From: Candidatus Latescibacterota bacterium
Lineage (GTDB): Bacteria; Latescibacterota; UBA2968
Reading direction: 5' to 3'
Assembly (NCBI GenBank): GCA_965198115.1
Contig: OZ240241.1
Coordinates: forward strand, 128,001-192,000
DNA: 64,000 nt
Notes under the pieces: generated by a model
Told to the model about the DNA's origin: nothing
What the model saw: the letters and a program-made list of their open reading frames with translations, nothing else
Database searches by the model: none
Part shown: in pieces, positions 60,340 to 64,000 of the stretch
How the letters are laid out: every line of letters starts with the position of its first letter
Position numbering within the stretch: position 1 is the stretch's first letter
Translations under genes and position numbers: made by a program

Positions 60340-62165
60340 GACGTTGGTGCGATGGCTGCGTGGAACTCCTGCAGCGTCCGAATTCGGACCCCGCGGTCTT
60401 TGACCATCGATTCGATTGCAGAGACGACGGCGGTGGCACCGGCAAGGGTGGTCGTGTAGGCGACACCGTATTGCAGGGCGGCCCGACGAATCTGGTGATC
60501 GTCGGATCGCGCCTTTTCTCCTGCTGGCGTGTTGATCATCAGGGCGATGTTCTGGTTCTTTATCTCGTCAAGAATGCTCGGACGTCCTTCCCGAATCTTG
60601 TAAATCCTCTCGACAGCGATTCCTTCCTCGGCGAGGCGCCGCTGGGTGCCCTGCGTCGCGATGATACGGAACCCCAGCCCTTCGAGTCGGCTTCCGATGT
60701 CCACGGTGTCGTTCTTGTCGCGGTCGTTCACGCTGATGAAGACGGTCCCCTCCGTAGGGAGTCGGACGCCCGCGCCCAGCTGCGCTTTTTGAAAGCTGAG
60801 TCCGAAGTCGTTGTCGATACCCATGACTTCGCCGGTCGATTTCATCTCGGGACCGAGTAGCGTGTCGACGCCCGGAAACTTGTTGAACGGGAGCACGGCT
60901 TCTTTGACTGCGATGTGGTCGATGCTGACTTCCTCGGTGACGCCCTGTTCTTCGAGGGTCAAACCGACCATCGCCCGAGCGGCCACCTTGGCTAGCGGAA
61001 TCCCGATCGCCTTGCTGACGAACGGCACCGTGCGTGACGCCCGGGGATTGACTTCGATGATGTAGACTTCGCCATCCTGCACTGCATACTGCACGTTCAT
61101 CAACCCGACGACGTCGAGCGCGCGAGCGAGATCGTGCGTTTGGGATCGGATTTGAGCCAGGTTCTGATCGGATATGGCATACGGTGGGAGGACACAGGCA
61201 CTGTCGCCCGAGTGTACACCCGCGCTCTCAACGTGCTGCATGATACCGCCTATGACGGTGGCAGTCGAGTCGGCGACGGTGTCGACGTCGAACTCGTGGG
61301 CGTTCTGAAGGTATCGGTCGACGAGAACGGGTCGCTCGGGCGAGGCATCGATGGCGTCGGCCATGTAGCTGACGAGGGCGTCGCGGTCGTAGACGATGGC
61401 CATGGCTCGGCCGCCGAGGACGTAGGACGGTCGGACGAGGACGGGATAACCGATCTTGTCGGCAATGGAGACGGCCTCGTCGACGTCCGTCGCGGTATCG
61501 TTTTCGGGTTGCCGGATGCCGAGCCGGGCGATGAGGGCGCCGAAGCGCTTTCGGTTTTCGGCCAGGTCGATGCTGTCGGGGGACGTGCCGACAATCGGCA
61601 GCCCACCGCGCTCGAGGTCGTGGGCGAGGTTGAGCGGGGTCTGCCCCCCGAATTGTACGATGACCCCGTCGGGCTGTTCGAGGTCGGCGATGGCGAGCAC
61701 ATCCTCGGTGGTCAAAGGCTCAAAGTAGAGTTTGTCGGACGTGTCATAATCGGTGCTGACGGTCTCGGGGTTCGAGTTGACCATGATGGTCTCGAACCCG
61801 TCTTCTTTGAGCGCGTAGGAAGCGTGGACGCAGCAGTAGTCGAACTCGATGCCCTGACCGATCCGGTTGGGCCCGCCCCCGAGGATCATGATCTTGCGTC
61901 GATCGGACCGCACGGCCTCCATCTCCGCCTCGTAGGTCGAGTAATGATAGGGCGTGAAGGCCTCGAACTCCGCCGCGCACGTATCGACCGTTTTGTAGAC
62001 GGGAGTGACGTCGAGTTCCTTTCGCAAAGCGCGAACGATCCATTCGTCGGACCGCCAGAGGTGGGCGAGCTGGCGATCGCTGAATCCGTGCGCCTTGGCT
62101 TTGAGCAGGACCTCGCGCGTGACGAACGACCTCAATCGCTCGAGATGTGATGTTTCGATGGACAC
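60336..62165 (-). CDS. carB: Carbamoyl-phosphate synthase large subunit, C-terminal part
   Basis: KTVDTCAAEF, GGGPNRIGQGIEFDY, RPSYVLGG, EVNPRASRT, MGS domain. Confidence 0.92.
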   Translation of the reverse strand: MSIETSHLERLRSFVTREVLLKAKAHGFSDRQLAHLWRSDEWIVRALRKELDVTPVYKTVDTCAAEFEAFTPYHYSTYEAEMEAVRSDRRKIMILGGGPNRIGQGIEFDYCCVHASYALKEDGFETIMVNSNPETVSTDYDTSDKLYFEPLTTEDVLAIADLEQPDGVIVQFGGQTPLNLAHDLERGGLPIVGTSPDSIDLAENRKRFGALIARLGIRQPENDTATDVDEAVSIADKIGYPVLVRPSYVLGGRAMAIVYDRDALVSYMADAIDASPERPVLVDRYLQNAHEFDVDTVADSTATVIGGIMQHVESAGVHSGDSACVLPPYAISDQNLAQIRSQTHDLARALDVVGLMNVQYAVQDGEVYIIEVNPRASRTVPFVSKAIGIPLAKVAARAMVGLTLEEQGVTEEVSIDHIAVKEAVLPFNKFPGVDTLLGPEMKSTGEVMGIDNDFGLSFQKAQLGAGVRLPTEGTVFISVNDRDKNDTVDIGSRLEGLGFRIIATQGTQRRLAEEGIAVERIYKIREGRPSILDEIKNQNIALMINTPAGEKARSDDHQIRRAALQYGVAYTTTLAGATAVVSAIESMVKDRGVRIRTLQEFHAAIAPTS

Positions 62166-62172
62166 GGTTCCT

Positions 62173-63621
62173 CTATTCGACGAGTGAAGCCAGTTCGTGT
62201 TCGACCTGGACGATTTCGAACAGGTTGCGAAGAAACCAGGGGTCGATTCCCGTCAGTTCGAACAGCTCTTCGGGACCCAATCCCATTTCGAAGGCCGCGC
62301 GGATGTAGAACAGACGTTGCGAGTTGGGGACCCGGAGTTGGTGTTCGAGTGTTTCGTGGTCGAGCGTCGTCGGGTCGATGTTCTTTCCATCGGCTCCGAA
62401 GCCCGCGCTGCCGATTTCGAGCGACCGCAGTCCCTTTTGGAAAGCCTCTTTGAATGTCCGTCCGATGGCCATCGTCTCGCCAACCGACTTCATCTGCGTG
62501 CCGAGGAGGTCTTCCGTCTGCGGAAACTTTTCGAACGTCCATCGAGGAATCTTGACGACGCAATAGTCGATTGTCGGCTCGAACGAGGCGGGTGTCTCAC
62601 GGGTGATGTCGTTACGGATCTCGTCGAGCGAATACCCAACCGCGAGCTTCGCGGCGATTTTTGCGATTGGGAACCCCGTGGCCTTCGAGGCGAGCGCCGA
62701 GCTTCGGGAGACGCGGGGATTCATTTCGATCACGACGAGCCGCCCCGTGTCGGGATGGACCGCGAACTGGATGTTCGACCCCCCTGTTTCTACCCCGATT
62801 TCGCGGATGCAACGGAGTGCGGCGTCCCGCATGACCTGATACTCCTTGTCGGTCAGGGTCTGCGCTGGCGCGACGGTGATGGAGTCTCCGGTGTGGACAC
62901 CCATGGGGTCGAAATTCTCGATCGAACAGATGACGACGACGTTGTCCTTCAAGTCGCGCATGACTTCGAGCTCGAATTCCTTCCATCCGATGATCGATTC
63001 TTCGATCAGGATTTCGGTCGTGGGCGAAAGATCCAGACCGGTGGCCGCGGCACGCTCGAACTCTTCGGGATTGTAGGCCGTTCCGGCGCCCGTACCACCG
63101 AGGGTGTAGGATGGGCGGATGATGGCGGGATAGCCGATGTCGTCGACGACAGCTGTCGCCTCGTCGAGGGTGTAGGCAAAGCCGCCCCGAGGCAAGTCGA
63201 GTCCGATTTTGCGCATGGCACTCTGAAAGGCCTCTCGGTTCTCCGCCTTTTCTATGGCTTCGGGCTGTGCGCCGATCATTTCAACCCCGAATTCGGCGAG
63301 GACGCCGTCGTGATGGAGGTCCATGGCCACGTTCAGCCCGGTCTGGCCGCCGAGCGTGGGGAGGATCGCATCGGGGCGCTCTCGCTCGATGACGGCGGCG
63401 CAGACTTCGGGTGTGACGGGCTCGACGTAGGTTCGGTCGGCCATTTCGGGGTCGGTCATGATCGTGGCCGGGTTGCTGTTGACGAGAACGACCTTGTAGC
63501 CCTCCTCTTTGAGGGCCTTGCAGGCCTGGGTTCCGGAATAGTCGAACTCGCACGCCTGGCCGATGACGATCGGGCCGGAGCCGATTAGAAGGATGGAGTG
63601 CAGGTCGGTACGTTTGGGCAT
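62173..63621 (-). CDS. carB: Carbamoyl-phosphate synthase large subunit, N-terminal part
   Basis: [46 protein letters not shown]. Confidence 0.92.
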   Translation of the reverse strand: MPKRTDLHSILLIGSGPIVIGQACEFDYSGTQACKALKEEGYKVVLVNSNPATIMTDPEMADRTYVEPVTPEVCAAVIERERPDAILPTLGGQTGLNVAMDLHHDGVLAEFGVEMIGAQPEAIEKAENREAFQSAMRKIGLDLPRGGFAYTLDEATAVVDDIGYPAIIRPSYTLGGTGAGTAYNPEEFERAAATGLDLSPTTEILIEESIIGWKEFELEVMRDLKDNVVVICSIENFDPMGVHTGDSITVAPAQTLTDKEYQVMRDAALRCIREIGVETGGSNIQFAVHPDTGRLVVIEMNPRVSRSSALASKATGFPIAKIAAKLAVGYSLDEIRNDITRETPASFEPTIDYCVVKIPRWTFEKFPQTEDLLGTQMKSVGETMAIGRTFKEAFQKGLRSLEIGSAGFGADGKNIDPTTLDHETLEHQLRVPNSQRLFYIRAAFEMGLGPEELFELTGIDPWFLRNLFEIVQVEHELASLVE

Positions 63622-63717
63622 TTTCAATTCTTGCGGACGACGATTCCTGCGGGCATAGAAACGCCTGCGACAACCGAAGCATCGCAGGCGGGGAGCACGA
63701 TACGGGCGTCTATAAGC

Positions 63718-64000
63718 CTAGAAATTCTGCTGGAGCAACACAAGGTAGACGAGGAGGAGTACGAACAGCAATGTGACGACGTAGAAAACTTTGAAAAACA
63801 TGTCCCGAGCGGTCGTTTTGCCGCTCCCGCTGTTGAACGGAAGCGGACCCTCACTGTCCTGGATGAGGGAAGGATAGCGCTCTTTTTCGATCAGTTCTTC
63901 GAGCTGGGGGTTGCAGTCTCGAATCGTCTTGAGAATCAAGCATTTGTTCCGAGCCACCTTTTCGGCAAACCGCTCGCGTGCGGATCGATCCTCGCCCTGG
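63718..64000 (-). CDS. Hypothetical membrane protein, partial (runs off the window)
   Basis: The frame ends in a hydrophobic helix FFKVFYVVTLLFVLLLVYLVLL. Confidence 0.5.
   Translation of the reverse strand, partial: QGEDRSARERFAEKVARNKCLILKTIRDCNPQLEELIEKERYPSLIQDSEGPLPFNSGSGKTTARDMFFKVFYVVTLLFVLLLVYLVLLQQNF

Noticed and set aside
1-64000. CRISPR arrays, tRNA and rRNA genes
   Set aside because: No regularly spaced repeats or cloverleaf structures were found by eye. The GTTCGAATC hits lie inside CDSs.

Overview
GC-rich bacterial chromosome segment. The EF-hand/dockerin-like secreted protein and the PhyH, epimerase and TPR-TonB genes resemble Latescibacterota/Gemmatimonadota-type genomes, which is inference only. 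Bases 1-5.7 kb are an IS graveyard (IS256, IS3 and IS21 remnants, partly nested) around an ABC-ATPase/TOPRIM nuclease gene of probable defence type. Bases 5.7-12.8 kb hold catabolic oxidoreductases. Bases 13-19 kb carry a tetraether-lipid-synthase (Tes)-like radical SAM gene paired with a B12-dependent radical SAM gene behind a sigma54-like/IHF promoter, next to metF, ino1 and a LysR regulator. Bases 24.5-34.8 kb are an unusual phage-shock-protein operon: sigma54 promoter with PspF-type UAS, pspA, a TM plus winged-helix-like protein, three small membrane proteins, an ECF sigma, a soluble TPR histidine kinase, a receiver-fused PspF-like activator and a membrane PP2C phosphatase. This operon is split by an ISAzo13 element carrying an ISL3. 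The rest is mostly housekeeping (thiI, amidase, copA, parA, aminopeptidase, hisA, thiL, arfB, S1 protein, rlpA, pyrD, pyrK, carB), with three more near-identical ISL3 copies and a TPR lipoprotein with six TonB-C-like domains. Several frameshifts fall in short runs and may be sequencing errors. No tRNA, rRNA or CRISPR array was seen. All family calls come from motif recognition by eye, not database searches.
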